Part shown: positions 20,357 to 33,823 of the stretch, one piece after another
Position numbering within the stretch: position 1 is the stretch's first letter
How the letters are laid out: each line of letters opens with the position of its first letter
Source of the DNA: an uncultured Chloroflexia bacterium
GTDB lineage: Bacteria > Chloroflexota > Limnocylindria > Limnocylindrales > CSP1-4
NCBI GenBank assembly: GCA_963752475.1
Contig: CAVVYR010000026.1
Coordinates: 1 to 64,000, forward strand
Reading direction: 5' to 3'
DNA: 64,000 nucleotides
Notes under the pieces: generated by a model
Told to the model about the DNA's origin: nothing
The model's input: the letters and a program-made list of their open reading frames with translations, nothing else
Databases searched by the model: none
Program-made: the position numbers and the translations under genes

Positions 20357-22606
20357 CTAGAAGCCGCCTCCGGCGCCCCCGCCACCACCGCCGGAGCTGC
20401 CACCGCTGAAGCCGCCGCCACCGCTGCCGGACGAGCTCGGCGCACTGCCGATCGATCCCAGTGCGGCGGTCATCGAGGTGAAGTCCGGCACCACGCCCGC
20501 GGAGAAGAGGCCGGCCGTGGGTGCTCGGCTGGTGCCGCCGCCGATGCGGCCGCCGTCGCGAGCGCCGATGGCGTACCACAGCGGGAAGTAGGTGCGAGTG
20601 GGGGAGGCCGCACCGGTGCGCACGTCCTCCATCGATCGCTCGAGGACCTCCTCGGTCTCCTCGTGCAGGCCCAGGGCATAGGCCCAGACCACGGCTTGGT
20701 CGGGCGTCTCGACCCAGGGCAGGGCCTTGCTGGCCACGACCTGGTCCATCGTGCGCGACTGCTCCAGGGTGCGCTGCAGCGTCCGCCGGTAGGCCGCCAA
20801 CTGCGCGTACATGCGCGCGCCCTCCATGCTCCGCTGGGGCATGGCGCGGGCGATGACGAAGATGGCGATGGCGGCAGCGATGGCTGCGACGGCCACGATC
20901 ATGAGGCCGCTGCTGGGCAACCGGAAGCCCAGGAACACGCCGGCGATGCCGCCGATGAGCACGACCGCACCACGGCGGGACCAGCGGTCGATGGCATCAC
21001 TGGGGGCCTCGACGAACCAGCCGTTCCGGGCCACGGTCTCCTCGATGCGATCGTCGAAGCCGCCGACCGACTTGGCGAACTTGGGCACGTCCTCGGGGTC
21101 GATGGTGCGGATGGCACCACCGAGGTCCTTGAGCTCGTCGAGCGCGTAGCGTTCGGCTTCGCCGAGGGGGCGGCGCCGATTGCGCGCGAGGCGGGCATCG
21201 CGCTGATCGGGCACGGTGATGTCGATCGAGAGCTCTGAGGGTTCGTCCTCTTCGGCGCGGAAGCTGATCTCGCCGCGAGAGGCCAGGTCGACCATGGCCG
21301 TGGTCAGCGCGCGGCGCTTGGAGCGGCCGTCGATGAGCACCGCGGCCGCGGCCGGCGACATACCGGGCGGTGGTGCCGGCATGAGGATCGAATCGTCGTC
21401 GAGGTACTCGGGATCGCGCCCGTAGCGCAGCCAGGACCAGCCGGCCCAGCCCACCAGGCCCACCAGCAGCAACGGGGCCACCACCAGCCCAGCCATGGCG
21501 TCGATCTGCCGCGCCAGCTGCAGGTTGCGGGCGTGCTCGGCGGTGGCCGTGTCGTCGATCGTGCGCATCGCGCTCAGCAGCGCGGCGTCGAAGTCGCAGC
21601 GGCGCAGCGGCGGCACCATCTGGTTCTCGAAGATGGACTGCCGCTCGTCGTTGGTGAGGTACGCCGCGCGATAGCCCGGTGCGGCATAGAGCTGCACCTG
21701 GCCGTGGCACTCATCGGTGAGGTTGAAGAAGATGGCCAGGCCATCATCGAAGCCCGCGCGACCCACGCCCCACTGGTCGATGAGGGCGATGGCGTCCGCT
21801 TCGGTCGCACTGGGCGAGTTGGCCGAGGGCTTGTACTGCGTGTAGATGACGATCTCGGCGCCGGTACGTTCCTCGATGCGGTCGATGTTGGCGTCGAGGC
21901 GGCTGATGACGTCGGGGCTGATGACCTCCGCGTAGTCGTAGACCGCGACGGTCGGGATGGGGTCCGGGAAGGGTGGGCCGGCCTGTGGCTCGAGGCCATC
22001 GGTCGGGCGCCGCCCCGTGGTGGTCGTGGAACCGCCGCCGTCATCATCGTCGGTGGTGTCGGTCGGCTGCACCGGCTGGGCGCCCGAGCCGACGAGCGCG
22101 GCCTCGAGAGCGGTCAGCGCGACCTTGGCCGAGTCGACGAAGGCCTGCTGTGACAGGGTCGACCTGGTCAGCTCGTGGATGGAGTCGTCGATGGTCGCGA
22201 GGTCGACGTCCTCCCAGCCCTCGGTCAGCGCGATGCCGCCGCGGGTGGCCGCCTCGTCCTCCTTGACGTTCCAGAAGAGCACCGCACCCAGGCCACTTTC
22301 GGCACCGACGTTCCACTCCTCGAGCAGGACGGCGGCCTCCGCCCGGGCCTCGCGGCGGTTGCCGACCTTGGGCTTGCTCTGGGTGTAGACCGCGATGTCG
22401 ATGCCGGTCTCTTCCTGGAGCGTGACGAGGTCATCGTTGATCTGGGCCTGGTTGACGCTATCGAAGACCCTGGCCTGATCGGAGATGTGCTGATCCGTGC
22501 TCCGCGGCACGTAGGTGACGTCCTGGGCCAGGGTCAGCGGTGCCAGCGTCAGGGCCAGCACGAGCGCCAGCGAGAGCAGGCTCGCGATCTGCCGGAGGCG
22601 GCTCAC
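20357..22606 (-). CDS. Secreted/membrane protein with two TPM domains and a DUF2207-like C-terminal region
   Basis: Signal peptide; two (I/V)xDxAxV...EETG/ERTG..W.VG units; PPPGMSPAAA, VDLASRG and Gly-rich GGGGGGAGGGF tail. Confidence 0.82.
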   Translation of the reverse strand: MSRLRQIASLLSLALVLALTLAPLTLAQDVTYVPRSTDQHISDQARVFDSVNQAQINDDLVTLQEETGIDIAVYTQSKPKVGNRREARAEAAVLLEEWNVGAESGLGAVLFWNVKEDEAATRGGIALTEGWEDVDLATIDDSIHELTRSTLSQQAFVDSAKVALTALEAALVGSGAQPVQPTDTTDDDDGGGSTTTTGRRPTDGLEPQAGPPFPDPIPTVAVYDYAEVISPDVISRLDANIDRIEERTGAEIVIYTQYKPSANSPSATEADAIALIDQWGVGRAGFDDGLAIFFNLTDECHGQVQLYAAPGYRAAYLTNDERQSIFENQMVPPLRRCDFDAALLSAMRTIDDTATAEHARNLQLARQIDAMAGLVVAPLLLVGLVGWAGWSWLRYGRDPEYLDDDSILMPAPPPGMSPAAAAVLIDGRSKRRALTTAMVDLASRGEISFRAEEDEPSELSIDITVPDQRDARLARNRRRPLGEAERYALDELKDLGGAIRTIDPEDVPKFAKSVGGFDDRIEETVARNGWFVEAPSDAIDRWSRRGAVVLIGGIAGVFLGFRLPSSGLMIVAVAAIAAAIAIFVIARAMPQRSMEGARMYAQLAAYRRTLQRTLEQSRTMDQVVASKALPWVETPDQAVVWAYALGLHEETEEVLERSMEDVRTGAASPTRTYFPLWYAIGARDGGRIGGGTSRAPTAGLFSAGVVPDFTSMTAALGSIGSAPSSSGSGGGGFSGGSSGGGGGGAGGGF

Positions 22607-24555
22607 TCCTGCACCTCCAGCAGCTCCGAGCGCACGCGGCGCACCAGCTCGGCCGACTGCTCGTAGCGCCCGAAGCTGGGCATGATGTAGGTACCGTCGA
22701 CGTAGGGTCGCATCGAGGCGAGCAGTTCCAGCGACTGCTCCAGGCCGACCTCCGCGCCACGGTCGCCGGCCGCATGCATGGCCGACCGCACGTCGTCGGG
22801 GATGGTGATGCCCGGGACCTCGTTATGCAGGAACTCGGCGTGGCGCGCGGTGTGCAGCGGTAGCACGCCGAAGAGCACCGGCCGCGGCAGGCGGTCGCCC
22901 CAGCGGGCCGAGGCGCGCTCCATGAAGCGGTCCCACTGCTCGGTGGCGTAGATGGGCTGGGTCATGATCAGGTGGGCGCCAGCGTCGATCTTGCCGGCCA
23001 GCCGCTCGATCTCGGCGTCGGTGTCCTCGGCCGTGGGGTCCAGGGCACAGGCGATGGTGAAGCCGGCCGGGGCACCGATGGGTCGGCCGGCCTGGTCCTC
23101 GCCACGGTTGAGCCGCTGCAGGATGCCGATGAGCCCGATGCTATCGATGTCCCAGATACCGGTGCCGCTGGGGTAGTCGCCCACGCGCGGCGGATCGCCG
23201 GTGAGCGCGAGGATGTCGCGGATGCCCAGGGCGTGGGCGCCCAGCAGTTCCGACTCCAGAGCCATGAGGTTGCGGTCGCGGGTGGTGAAGTGGATGAGCG
23301 ACTCGAGACCCAGGTCACGCTGGACGGCGAAGCCGACGGACATCGCGCCCATGCGCACCCGGGCCATGGCGCTGTCGCTGATGTTGACGAGGTCGGCGCC
23401 GGCGTCACGGATGAGCTCGGCCGAACCGAGCGTGCGCTCGATGCGCACCGAGCGCGGCGGGTCGATCTCGACGCTGATGACGAAGCGGCCCTCGGCCAGC
23501 TTCTGCGCCAGCCCCGTGGGCGGCGGAGCATCGGCCGCGGCCGCGGCACCCTGGTCGTCTGATGCGGTACGGGGACGGGGGGCGGCGGTCGCCGTCTCGG
23601 TCGTGGCCGGCGTCTCCACCGCTGCGGCACTGGCCCGGCGGGCGATCTCACGGTCGAGCGCCTGACGCATGGCCGCCACGTGCTCGGGCGTGGTGCCACA
23701 GCAGCCACCGATGAGTCGGGCTCCGGCGTTCAGGAAGGCCGGCACCTCCTCGGCGAAGTAGGACGGCTCGGCGGCCCACACGAACTCACCGCTGACGCGG
23801 CCTGAGAGGCCGGCGTTGGGCATGATCAGCAGCGGCGTGCCGCCGAGGTCCAGGGCCATGGCTTCGGCGGCGTCGATGCCGGCGATGGGGCCGGAGCCGC
23901 AGTTGACGCCGATGGCATCGACGTCCGCTTGATGCAGGGCACGGGCGGCCGCGGCTGGGTCGGTGCCGTCGGCCATCTTGAGGTCCTCACCGAAGGTCAG
24001 CGAGGCCACGATCGGCAGGTCCGACAACCGGCGCGCTGCCTCCACGCAGGCCAGTAGGTGCTCGAGGTCGCTCGAGGTCTCGATCTGGACGATGTCGACC
24101 CCGCCCTCCAGTAGCGACTCGAGTTGCTCGGTGACCGAGGCGGCGGCCACCTCCGGCGAGACGTGGCCGGGACCATGCAGCGGCGAGCTGACGGGACCGA
24201 TCGAACCAGCCACCAGCACGTCCACCCCCGAGACCTCGCGGGACTCGCGAGCGAGCTGGGCCGCACGGCGATTGATCGGCCCGGTGCGGTCGGCCAGTCC
24301 CAGCGGCGCGAGGTGCTGCCGACTGGCCGTGAACGAGTCGGTCTCGATGATGTCGGCGCCGGCCGCGATGTACTCACGGTGCACCGCGCTGACCACGTCG
24401 GGCCGGCTCAGCACCAGCTCATCGAGCGAGGCGCGCTGGGGCGTGCCGCGGCTGTAGAGCAGCGTGCCCATGGCGCCGTCGAGGAGCAGCGGACGCTCGG
24501 CGATGCGCTCGGCGAATGCCCGGCGGGCGTGGGAGGTGGAGGACGTCTCGGCCAT
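22603..24555 (-). CDS. yitJ: Bifunctional homocysteine S-methyltransferase / methylenetetrahydrofolate reductase
   Basis: LLDGAMGT, GVNC, PNAG and GGCCGTTPEH, then SVEIDPP, HFTTRDRN, LTGDPP and MTQP. Confidence 0.92.
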   Translation of the reverse strand: MAETSSTSHARRAFAERIAERPLLLDGAMGTLLYSRGTPQRASLDELVLSRPDVVSAVHREYIAAGADIIETDSFTASRQHLAPLGLADRTGPINRRAAQLARESREVSGVDVLVAGSIGPVSSPLHGPGHVSPEVAAASVTEQLESLLEGGVDIVQIETSSDLEHLLACVEAARRLSDLPIVASLTFGEDLKMADGTDPAAAARALHQADVDAIGVNCGSGPIAGIDAAEAMALDLGGTPLLIMPNAGLSGRVSGEFVWAAEPSYFAEEVPAFLNAGARLIGGCCGTTPEHVAAMRQALDREIARRASAAAVETPATTETATAAPRPRTASDDQGAAAAADAPPPTGLAQKLAEGRFVISVEIDPPRSVRIERTLGSAELIRDAGADLVNISDSAMARVRMGAMSVGFAVQRDLGLESLIHFTTRDRNLMALESELLGAHALGIRDILALTGDPPRVGDYPSGTGIWDIDSIGLIGILQRLNRGEDQAGRPIGAPAGFTIACALDPTAEDTDAEIERLAGKIDAGAHLIMTQPIYATEQWDRFMERASARWGDRLPRPVLFGVLPLHTARHAEFLHNEVPGITIPDDVRSAMHAAGDRGAEVGLEQSLELLASMRPYVDGTYIMPSFGRYEQSAELVRRVRSELLEVQE

Positions 24556-24694
24556 CGAAAGCCAAGGGTACCCCGACGCGCGAGGTCGTTCGCGCACGCG
24601 CCGGACCGGAAGCGCGGCTGAAGGCGACGTACGATGCTGGGACCGCTCCCACGACCACGCCGTGACCGCACGTACGACACCAGCTGGAGGACCA

Positions 24695-26524
24695 GTGACC
24701 GACGCGCTCCGCCCCGATGGGCTGCCCGAGCCTCGCACCGACTTCGAGTCGGCCGTGGTCGACTTCCTCATCGACCTCTTCGAGGCCTATCCCACGTGGG
24801 GCACGAACACCGGCTACCACCGCGTCGACGGTCGCTGGCCCGACCTCACCGAGGCCGGCCGATCCGCACGCCTGGCGACCTTCGCACGCCATCGTGCGAG
24901 GCTCGAGGGCTTCGCCCACGACGCGCTCTCGGCTGACGAGTCGATCGACCGGGCCATCCTGCTCGAGGAGATCGACAAGGTCACCTTCGGCGAGGAGGTG
25001 CTGCGCTCGGAGACCTGGGATCCGCTCGAGATCGTGTATCTCGTGGGCGGCGGGCTGTTCGGCGTGCTCTCGCGCGAGTTCGCCCCCTGGTCCGTACGCG
25101 GTGCCGCGCTTCGCTCGCGTATCGAGGGCCTGCCCGAGCTGCTGTCCGCCGCGTTGGCCGGGTTGACCGGGCTGCCCGACCGTCCGGTGGGCCTGCTCCA
25201 GCTCGAGACCGCGCTCGGGCAGTTGGCCGGCGTGACCGACCTCGTCGACTCCTCGGTCACCGAAGCGAAGCGACGCGCTGATGCCGGCGAGGCACCCGAG
25301 CTGGTGGCGCCGTTGGAGGCTGCGGCCACTGCCGCACATGCCGCCGTCGAGAACTTCCGCACCGGACTCGACACCAGCATCCGCCCACGCGCCGAAGGTG
25401 AGGGTCGCCTCGGACCGGAGCTCTTCGCCCAGAAGCTGCGCCATACGCTCGGCTCCGACCTCACGCCCGACGAGTTGCGTGAGCGTGCCTGGGCCGACTA
25501 CCACGCGGTTCGGGCGGAGATGGTTCGCCTCGCCCGCGAGCTATGGTCGACCTGGATCCCCGACGCGCCGTTGCCGGAGGTGGCGCCGGGTGACGAGGCC
25601 GGCGAGCACGCGCTCGTGCAGCGCGTCCTCGACGCGGTCGCCGAGCAGCACCAACAGCCCGACGGCCTGATCGCCTTCTGCGAGGACGAGATCGACCGCA
25701 TCAGCGACTTCGTGCGCGAGCGCGAGGTCATCAGCCTGCCTGAGGACCCGCTCGTCATCACCTGGACGCCGGTCTTCCTGCGGGCGGCCGCGCGCGCCTT
25801 CCTCGACAGCCCTGGCCCGCTCGACCGGGGTGAGCGATCGCACTTCTGGATCACTCCGCCCGATGAGAGCCAGGGTCCGGAGGCCGTGGCCTCGTACTTG
25901 CGCGAGGAGAACGACGCCTCGCTGCGCGTGCTCAGCATCCACGAGGGCATCCCCGGCCACTACCTGCAGCTGGCCGCCTCCAACCGCTGCGACTCGCTGG
26001 TGCGCACGGTCTTCACCAACGGTATGTTCGCCGAGGGCTGGGCCGTCTACATCACGCAGGTCATGTACGACGCGGGCTATGCCGCGGACGATCCCGGCTT
26101 CGCCCTGCAGCACTGGAAGATGTACCTGCGAGCGACGACCAACGCCGTGCTCGATGTCGAGACGCATACCGGTGGCATGACCGATGCGCAGGCCATGACC
26201 CTGATGGTCGATGGTGCCTGGCAGGAGTTGGATGAAGCCCGCGGCAAGTGGCTGCGCGCGCGCATCAGCTCGACGCAGCTGTCGACGTACTTCGTCGGCT
26301 CGCTCGAGATGTGGGACCTCGAGGTCGAGGTCCGGCGCCGGCTCGCGGTCGCCGCCGGCGCGCCTGTCGGTGCTGTGCCCGAGCAGCACATCCGTGGCGG
26401 CATGGACGACTCGCCCGGCTTCGACAAGCGCGCGCACCTGGAGCAAGTCATCAGCTACGGCACGCCGCCGGTGAAGTGGTGCCGTGAGCTCGTGCTGCGT
26501 GACCTGGAGGCTGGCACCGCTTGA
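24695..26524 (+). CDS. DUF885 family protein (putative metallopeptidase)
   Basis: HEGIPGHYLQ and FAEGWAVY motifs; GGAGG before the GTG start. Confidence 0.9.
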   Translation: MTDALRPDGLPEPRTDFESAVVDFLIDLFEAYPTWGTNTGYHRVDGRWPDLTEAGRSARLATFARHRARLEGFAHDALSADESIDRAILLEEIDKVTFGEEVLRSETWDPLEIVYLVGGGLFGVLSREFAPWSVRGAALRSRIEGLPELLSAALAGLTGLPDRPVGLLQLETALGQLAGVTDLVDSSVTEAKRRADAGEAPELVAPLEAAATAAHAAVENFRTGLDTSIRPRAEGEGRLGPELFAQKLRHTLGSDLTPDELRERAWADYHAVRAEMVRLARELWSTWIPDAPLPEVAPGDEAGEHALVQRVLDAVAEQHQQPDGLIAFCEDEIDRISDFVREREVISLPEDPLVITWTPVFLRAAARAFLDSPGPLDRGERSHFWITPPDESQGPEAVASYLREENDASLRVLSIHEGIPGHYLQLAASNRCDSLVRTVFTNGMFAEGWAVYITQVMYDAGYAADDPGFALQHWKMYLRATTNAVLDVETHTGGMTDAQAMTLMVDGAWQELDEARGKWLRARISSTQLSTYFVGSLEMWDLEVEVRRRLAVAAGAPVGAVPEQHIRGGMDDSPGFDKRAHLEQVISYGTPPVKWCRELVLRDLEAGTA

Positions 26525-27399
26525 GCGATCTCAGGCCCGACTCTCCGATCCAGCGGCCGGACACGGCCCGACCGCGTCAGGACGCTCCGGCTGACGTGGC
26601 CCCGCCGACGATCGAGGAGCTGGAGGCCATCCGCCGCCATCTTGTGCGGCTGCCCGGCCAGGAGGGTGCCATCGTGGCCGATGACACCGAGCTGGGCGTG
26701 ACCTTCGTGCGCGGACCTGGTTCGGGGCCGGATCTGACCTACGCCGCCATGCCCCGTTGGGGTGCCGATACCTGGGCCGATGCACTGGCGACGGTGCGGG
26801 CGCGGATGCTCGACGAGAACACCTGGCCCTCACTACTGCTCACCGACCGCTTGGAGCACCCACCGGAGCTACCCGCAGAGCTGGAGCAGCAGGGCTGGAT
26901 GCCGGTCGTGAGCGAGACCGTCATGGTCACGGGACGTGCCGCAGTCGTGCCGCACCTCGATCCGGGCATGCGCATCGAGGCCGTACGAGCCACTGCACTC
27001 GACACCCACGAGGAGCTCGAGCGGCGCATCTTCGGCATCGGCGCGGACCAGGCCGGGCGGCGGCGGGCCGCCATCGCCGTGGCCATCGAGGCCGGCACGT
27101 TGCGGGCCTGGGTCGTGTGGCTGGGCGATGAACCGGTGGCTGTGGCTCGACTCTCACAGGCCGATGGTGCCGCCGGTCTGCAGGGCATCGGCGTGGTCGA
27201 GGGCTACCGCGGACAGGGATACGGCACGCTCATCACGACGATCGCCACCCGCACCGGCATGGCTACGGGCAATCGCCTCGTGTGGCTCTCGGTCCGCGAG
27301 GACAACGAGCCGGCCGTGCGAGCCTACGACGCGCTTGGCTTCGAGCGCGTCTTCAGCTGGACGCGGTGGCTGCTGACGGAGGACCCCCGCCGCCGCTGA
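26521..27399 (+). CDS. GNAT family N-acetyltransferase
   Basis: GVVEGYRGQGYG and NEPAVRAYDALGF; start overlaps the DUF885 stop. Confidence 0.88.
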   Translation: MSDLRPDSPIQRPDTARPRQDAPADVAPPTIEELEAIRRHLVRLPGQEGAIVADDTELGVTFVRGPGSGPDLTYAAMPRWGADTWADALATVRARMLDENTWPSLLLTDRLEHPPELPAELEQQGWMPVVSETVMVTGRAAVVPHLDPGMRIEAVRATALDTHEELERRIFGIGADQAGRRRAAIAVAIEAGTLRAWVVWLGDEPVAVARLSQADGAAGLQGIGVVEGYRGQGYGTLITTIATRTGMATGNRLVWLSVREDNEPAVRAYDALGFERVFSWTRWLLTEDPRRR

Positions 27400-27410
27400 T
27401 CCGCCCGGGC

Positions 27411-29549
27411 CTACTCGCCCTTGGCGGCGGGGAGATACATCTCCTCGACGTATTCGGCCAGCATGCGCGTGGTGGAGAAGTCCCACAGCGACGTGCGCTG
27501 GGCCTCACGCATGCGGTTCAGCCAGCCCTGCGGCAGGCCGTCGGCATCGCGGTCATACCACAGCGGCACGATCTCCTCCTCCAGCAGGCGGTAGAGGTCC
27601 TGGGCGTCGGCCCAGTCCTGTGCGCCCTCGTCGGGGTTGGGGTCGCGGCCACCGATGGCCCAGCCGTTGTTGCCGTGGAAACCCTCGTCCCACCAGCCGT
27701 CGAGGATGGACAGGTTGATGACGCCGTTCATGGCCGCCTTCTCACCCGACGTGCCTGACGCCTCCAGCGGCCGACGCGGGTTGTTGAGCCAGACGTCGGC
27801 CCCCTGCACGAGGTGCCGGCCGACGCGCATGTCGTAGTCCTCGAGGATGAAGATGCGACCGCGCAGCGCGTCCGAGCGGCTGTGCTCGAAGATCGTCTGG
27901 ATGACGCCCTGGCCGGGGCGGTCGGCAGGATGGGCCTTGCCCGCGAAGACGAACTGCACCGGACGGTCGGCGTCGGTGATGATCCGCGTCAGACGCTCGA
28001 TGTCGCTGAAGAGCAGGGAGGCCCGCTTGTACGTGGCCATGCGACGGGCGAAGCCGATGGTCAGGACCTGCGGATCGAGGATCTCGCCCAGCTCGGCGAG
28101 CGTTTCGGGGGCCTCGCCGTGACGGGCCAGCTGCCGGCGGAGACGGACGCGGGCGTACTCCTGGAGCGCGGCCTTCTGCTGGATGTGCGCAGCCCACAGG
28201 TCGCGGTCGGGCACCAGGTTCATGCGCTCCCAGAAGCGATCGGCCTCGGTCTCGCTCTCCTGGTGATCGAGATCACCACCGAGCTCCTCGAGGGCCTTGC
28301 GCATCGGCCGCCCGACCCACGTCGGCGGGTGCACGCCGTTGGTGATGCCGCTGATGCCGTGGTCGATGATCTGGCTCCAGGTCTCGTCGGCGACGCGGCC
28401 GTGGAGCTGGCTCACGCCATTGGCCTTGCACGTGTTGCGCAGGGCGAAGGCGGTCATGTCGAACTGGCTGCTGTCGCCGTCGACGCCCAGGCCCATCCGC
28501 AGGATCTGCTCGATGTCGATGCCGCTGGCCTTCGCCTCCGGCGCGGTCAGGTCACGCACGAGGTCGGCCGCGAATCGCTCGTTGCCGGCAGGGACCGGGG
28601 TGTGGATCGTGAAGACGGCCCTGTCGCGAACCTGCGTGAGGGCCTCCTCGAGCGTGGCGCCCTGGGCCACCAGCTCTCGTGCCTGCTCCACGAGCATGAA
28701 CGCGGAGTGACCCTCGTTGAGGTGCCAGGCCGACGGGGAGATGCCGAGCTTGCGCAGCGCACGCACGCCACCGACGCCCAGGATGAGCTCCTGGTGCAGG
28801 CGCATCTCGCGGCCACGGACGTAAAGGATGTGGCTGATGGGCCGATCGCTCTCGGCGTTCTCGGGCACGTCCGTGTCCAACAGCAGCAGGGGCACGCGGC
28901 CCACCTGCACGACCCACACCGCGGCGTACACGGTGCGGCCCGGCAGCTCGACAGAGATCGTGGCCGGCTCGCCCAGCGGATCGACCGCGCGCAGCAGCGG
29001 CAAGCGCTCGGGCTGGAGGTTGAAGTAGCCGTGCTCCTGGTGGCCGTCAGCATCGATGTTCTGGCGGAAGTAGCCGCGGCGGTAGAAGAGGCCGACGGCC
29101 ACGAAGGGGATGGCCATGTCGGAGGCGGCCTTGCAGTGATCGCCGGCAAGGACGCCGAGGCCGCCGGAGTAGATCGGCAGCGACTCCTGCAGGCCGTACT
29201 CGGCGCAGAAGTAGGCCACCGGGCCGTCGACCTCCCCGCCGTGCTTTCGCGCGAACCAGTGCTCGCGGCCGTTGGCCATGTAGCGGTCGAAGTCGGTCAG
29301 GATCGTCTGGTACTGGACCATGAAGTCGGGATCCTCGAGCAGCGAGGTCCAGTCACGCTGCACGCGCAGCACCGCCACCGGGCTGCGGTAGTTGAGCCAG
29401 ACCCGGCGGTCGATACGCGCGAAGAGCGAGCGCACCTCCGGGTGCCAGGACCAGTACATGTTGTAGGCGAGTCGGTTGAGACCTTCGAGTGCCGGAGGCA
29501 GGCGATGGTCAGGGGTAGGCAAGGTGGGGATGGGAGTTCGGAAGGGCAT
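27411..29549 (-). CDS. glgP: Alpha-glucan (glycogen) phosphorylase
   Basis: YSGGLGVLAGD, HLNEGH, GFARRMATYKR, GKAHP and EASGTSGEKAAMNG. Confidence 0.96.
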   Translation of the reverse strand: MPFRTPIPTLPTPDHRLPPALEGLNRLAYNMYWSWHPEVRSLFARIDRRVWLNYRSPVAVLRVQRDWTSLLEDPDFMVQYQTILTDFDRYMANGREHWFARKHGGEVDGPVAYFCAEYGLQESLPIYSGGLGVLAGDHCKAASDMAIPFVAVGLFYRRGYFRQNIDADGHQEHGYFNLQPERLPLLRAVDPLGEPATISVELPGRTVYAAVWVVQVGRVPLLLLDTDVPENAESDRPISHILYVRGREMRLHQELILGVGGVRALRKLGISPSAWHLNEGHSAFMLVEQARELVAQGATLEEALTQVRDRAVFTIHTPVPAGNERFAADLVRDLTAPEAKASGIDIEQILRMGLGVDGDSSQFDMTAFALRNTCKANGVSQLHGRVADETWSQIIDHGISGITNGVHPPTWVGRPMRKALEELGGDLDHQESETEADRFWERMNLVPDRDLWAAHIQQKAALQEYARVRLRRQLARHGEAPETLAELGEILDPQVLTIGFARRMATYKRASLLFSDIERLTRIITDADRPVQFVFAGKAHPADRPGQGVIQTIFEHSRSDALRGRIFILEDYDMRVGRHLVQGADVWLNNPRRPLEASGTSGEKAAMNGVINLSILDGWWDEGFHGNNGWAIGGRDPNPDEGAQDWADAQDLYRLLEEEIVPLWYDRDADGLPQGWLNRMREAQRTSLWDFSTTRMLAEYVEEMYLPAAKGE

Positions 29550-29632
29550 ATCGGCCGTAGCGTAGCGTGAGTGCCGCGACCGCGCGTCGGCTGGGAGCGC
29601 TACCAGCACCACGGCGTACCATGGCGCGCACC

Positions 29633-31067
29633 ATGCGTATCGCGATGATCGCCTCCGAGTGCGAACCCTGGGCCAAGACCGGCGGTCTGGCTGACGTGGT
29701 CGACGCGCTCTCACGGGCACTGCAGGCTCCTGCTCCCACCGGCCCCGGCCACGAGGTCGACGTCTACATGCCGTACTACCGCGGCCTGACCCCACCCGTT
29801 GACCTCGTGCCCCTGGGGTTGCGCGTACCGGTCGGCAGCGAGGACGGCGTGGCGCGGCACGAGACGGTCACCCTCTGGAGCGGCGAGGCCGATGGCTACC
29901 GCCTGCGTCTCGTGGAGCACGCGCCCTCGTTCGATCGCGACAGCTACTACATGGATGGCACCTCCGACTACGTCGACAACCCGGCTCGCTTCACGCTCCT
30001 CGGCCGCGCCGCGCTGGAGGCCATCCGCGCCGAGGCCCGCCCCGTCGACGTCATCCACGGCCACGACTGGCAATCGAGCCCGGCGTTGCTCTCGCTCCGG
30101 CACCGATACGGCGGCGATCCGCTACTGGCAGGTGCAGCCACGATGCTGACCTGCCACAACCTCGCCTATCACGGTTGGACCCCGAACGACGCCCTGTGGC
30201 AGCTCGACTTGCCCGAACGCGTCGGCGACAACCCCGACGGCATCGATCTGCTGCGCGAGGCCATCCTGGCCGTGGACATGGTCAACACCGTCAGCCCCAC
30301 CTACGCCGCCGAGTCGCTCACGCCGGAGTACGGCGCCGGCCTCGACGATGCACTCCGTGAGCGGGGCGACCGCTACATCGGCATCATCAACGGCATCGAC
30401 ACCGACCTCTGGGACCCGGCCACCGATACCACCCTGGTCGCGCCGTACGACGGCACCGATCTCGCGCCCAAGGCGCTGACCAAGACGGACCTCGCCGAGC
30501 GCAATGGACTCGACCCCGACGGACCGCTGCTGGGCGTCATCGGCCGGCTCGATCCGCAGAAGGGCTTCGACCTCGTGACCCGCGCTACGCCGCAGCTGGT
30601 CGAGATGGGCGCCCGGTTGATCGTGCTCGGGACGGGGCATCCGCAGCTGGTGGCGGGGCTGAAGGAGGAGGCGACTCGCCATCCCGACCGAGTCGCGGTG
30701 CTCGAGCGCTTCGACCGCGACGAGGCCAGGCGCATCTACGCCGGCTCGGATCTCTTCCTCATGCCCTCACGCTTCGAGCCCTGCGGACAGGGGCAGATCA
30801 TCGCCATGCGCTACGCCACCCCGCCGGTGGTGCGGGCGAGCGGCGGCCTGGCCGATACCGTCATCGACGCCGACCAGGACCCCGAGCGGGGGACGGGCTT
30901 CGTCTTCGGGCCGGCCGACCCGGCGGCCCTTGTCGGCGCGGTACGGCGAGCGCTCACGGCCATGAGGGACCCGGGACGTTTCCGTGGCATCCAGGCCAAC
31001 GGCATCGCGCGGGACCACTCCTGGCGCGCACCGGCAGCGGCCTACGAAGCGGCCTACGAGCGCGCGA

Positions 31068-31081
<14 letters not shown>
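29633..31081 (+). CDS. glgA: Glycogen synthase
   Basis: KTGGLADV, HGHDWQ, HNLAYHG, RLDPQKG and PSRFEPCG. Confidence 0.95.
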
Positions 31082-33476
<2,395 letters not shown>

Positions 33477-33823
33477 GGCTCCTCCAAGTGGTGCTGGGAA
33501 CGCTACTGTATCGCGCCTTGCGTCTTTGCCCAATCGAGGGCCCCTGGCTGTTGGCCGGGCTGGGCTCGGCACCCCGGAAAGGACGAACGAGGGGTCGCAT
33601 CACGGCTTCCGAGCATCGCCGATCAGTGACCCCTCGAACGTGGATGCATGGTGCGGTTCGCAGCGGTGCAGCCTGTACCACCCGAATGTCAGGGGGCTGT
33701 GGCCCGGAAGTGTGGTTCCGGCGCTCGGGGGCGCACGGTCGGCCGATTCCGGTGCATCCTTAGGGCCGCCGCGCTCGTCGTCGGCATCGTCGGGGGTCGG
33801 TCACAGGGAGGTACGAGAGCGAG

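Noticed and set aside
24556-24694. SAM riboswitch upstream of yitJ (also checked upstream of cysD)
   Set aside because: No SAM-I/IV core (ATC.AGAG...GGCAACC) seen; a -10-like hexamer lies only 9 nt from the yitJ start.
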